NCBI RefSeq assembly: GCF_028641065.1
Contig: NC_073408.1
Span: forward strand, 11,036,001 to 11,100,000
Length of the DNA: 64,000 bases
From: Leucoraja erinacea
Taxonomy: Eukaryota
Reading direction: 5' to 3'
Shown here: positions 63,101 to 64,000 of the stretch, piece after piece
Layout of the letters: each line of letters begins with the position of its first letter
Numbering within the stretch: the first letter of the stretch is position 1
Notes under the pieces: generated by a model
Databases searched by the model: none
Seen by the model: only the letters and a program-made list of their open reading frames with translations
What the model was told of the DNA's origin: nothing
Position numbers and translations under genes: made by a program

Positions 63101-63582
63101 TTGTATATGAAGGGGTGGAAAAGAAAGTACAATGCTGAGATGCTAGGCTCAGGTGGGGGTAGAAAAGATGAGCTTGGGTAACAATTTTTTTTTTTTGGGG
63201 GGGGGGGGGGTTGAGGGACTGAAGAATGGAAGGATTGGGGTTTACTGTTTATGGATACACTTAAACAATAAAGTGGAATGTGGCAAATCTAAATGTAATA
63301 ATATTTCTTGCAAATTCATTCATGATTCAACACACGGTACTGATTGATCATAGTACTATATTACAATATTACAACAGAGGTTACAGTTCAGAAGTGTTCC
63401 CTCAGCTGTGATAAGCTTCGGACTGAACTGAAAACATTACAAAATGCGCCGTGTTAAACACTAACCTATTTAACCTTGCCTATATATTGGAGCCACTCTT
63501 ACCCACAATCACACAGCTCACACAGGCATGAGAACTCTGAGAACTCCATGTCTTCCAGCTTTCTCAAATAATTCAGAGCCAT
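48003..63582 (-). CDS. SAXO/FAM154-family (stabilizer of axonemal microtubules-like) protein, 10 exons, 458 aa
   Basis: Exons 63503-63582, 60956-61065, 59832-59968, 58053-58236, 55981-56103, 53406-53613, 51250-51382, 49777-49956, 49334-49452, 48003-48105 are all GT-AG and phase-compatible (1377 nt). N-terminal CLCELCDCG|QH and repeated Mn-like motifs (LTNYQSSF, ETTQRSEF, NTTYQVEF, LSSYRKDY, NTIQKNSY, KTSYAISY, TSVTGRDF); DNLKFEG. Confidence 0.8.
49334..49452 (-). CDS. SAXO-like exon 9
   Basis: GRIESTSVTGRDFTPKNVCHPPNYSP..|gtaac. Confidence 0.75.
49777..49956 (-). CDS. SAXO-like exon 8
   Basis: LEYNMKP..GKFDPKTSYAISYKDWDPKTRIRYGDPHDKPFEPPS|gtaagc. Confidence 0.85.
50596..50915 (+). mobile_element. 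Degenerate V-SINE-like SINE
   Basis: ggggcagcacagt.. tgtgtggagttt.. catcccaatgatgtgcagg.. gggttgaaggcccgtttc. Confidence 0.55.
51250..51382 (-). CDS. SAXO-like exon 7
   Basis: ADFNTIQKNSYIGWDPTQYPRPDPIKYKDQLNVEGAMETTTVTK|gtaatt. Confidence 0.85.
52555..52850 (+). mobile_element. CR1/HER1-like LINE 3' end
   Basis: RTRRHRFKVKGKRFNRNLRGNFFIQSVVGIWNKLPEEV. Confidence 0.78.
53406..53613 (-). CDS. SAXO-like exon 6
   Basis: VHDLNTTYQVEFQPLP..PMDLLSSYRKDYP..QDNLQVNRHL|gtaag. Confidence 0.88.
54476..54746 (-). mobile_element. HE1/V-SINE-like SINE
   Basis: Same architecture as 1095-1408. Confidence 0.75.
55981..56103 (-). CDS. SAXO-like exon 5
   Basis: ctttag|(G)CQCPPYQNN..AKPLPDNLKFE(G)|gtatgg. 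Confidence 0.78.
57410..57678 (-). mobile_element. HE1/V-SINE-like SINE
   Basis: Same architecture as 1095-1408. Confidence 0.7.
58053..58236 (-). CDS. SAXO-like exon 4
   Basis: ctgcag|EQLHSKS..CKGWKSEPSVRSGERLTAS|gtgaag. Confidence 0.7.
58900..59190 (-). mobile_element. HE1/V-SINE-like SINE
   Basis: Same architecture as 1095-1408. Confidence 0.78.
59832..59968 (-). CDS. SAXO-like exon 3
   Basis: ctcag|(N)VLPRSSKRPLRTPPHPNPPAMQSETTQRSEFGPRVPREQTKAGNR|gtgagt. Confidence 0.8.
60956..61065 (-). CDS. SAXO-like exon 2
   Basis: ctcctctag|QHKYHQNCKKKQ..WLLTNYQSSFRRPL|gtaaga. Confidence 0.8.
63503..63582 (-). CDS. SAXO-like exon 1
   Basis: MALNYLRKLEDMEFSEFSCLCELCDCG|gtaaga; alternative ATG at 63549. 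Confidence 0.8.
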
Positions 63583-63755
63583 TTCTATAAACGTTTCTTT
63601 CTGAAATCTGTTCCTTGAGAAATGTTGCTCAGAAACGGAGCAAAATCCTTTCAAAGTGTCCCACAGCGTGTCCAGGAAGAACGTCCTCCTGGCTGTGGTC
63701 AGTCAGTGTTCCTTGATCATGGTTAATTATACGCCAATCTCTTCAGTGTATGCCT

Positions 63756-63768
63756 GTTGCTATGGCAC
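63756..63768. promoter_or_regulatory. RFX X-box-like motif upstream of SAXO-like gene
   Basis: GTTGCTATGGCAC, one base short of canonical GTTGCYATGGCAAC, ~175 nt upstream of the ATG; CCAAT at 63734-63738. Confidence 0.6.
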
Positions 63769-64000
63769 TTTTGCACAACCCATACTTTAAGTGCTCCATG
63801 GGGGATTGTTTAAATTTGAAAGGAATAACGATATCTGAGCCTTAATTTAATTGTGGTTGTGCAAGTGAGAAAACGAGTTTACTGCAGGCTCACCAGAGAG
63901 AGAGAAAAAGAGAGAGGGGACTATCAGGTGCTAGTGTTGGTTGACTATTCAGGGCTCCTTTGTTCCAGATTAGCAGGGCTGGCCAAAGCCAAAGCCTTTA

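Overview
Eukaryotic genomic DNA, almost certainly from a cartilaginous fish (skate/ray-like), judged from HE1/V-SINE-like SINEs, CR1/HER1-like and Rex1/Babar LINEs and Penelope-derived palindromes. I reconstructed four intron-containing genes by hand from splice sites and translation. (1) A minus-strand apolipoprotein A-IV/A-V-like gene (7321-~10130), divergent from ZPR1. (2) ZPR1 (+, 14 coding exons, 15212-29084, 441 aa), with one U12-type intron and one GC-AG intron. (3) BUD13 (+, 11 exons, 31788-47047). (4) A 10-exon minus-strand SAXO/FAM154-like microtubule-inner-protein gene (48003-63582, 458 aa) with an RFX X-box upstream, convergent with BUD13. This is the conserved vertebrate APOA-ZPR1-BUD13 neighbourhood. 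One extra base breaks the frame in both the apolipoprotein and BUD13 models, probably consensus errors. Mobile DNA includes a near full-length young Rex1 LINE, a teleost-like Tc1 fragment and Penelope-derived repeats carrying minimal hammerhead-ribozyme motifs. All homology calls rest on recalled sequences, not database searches.
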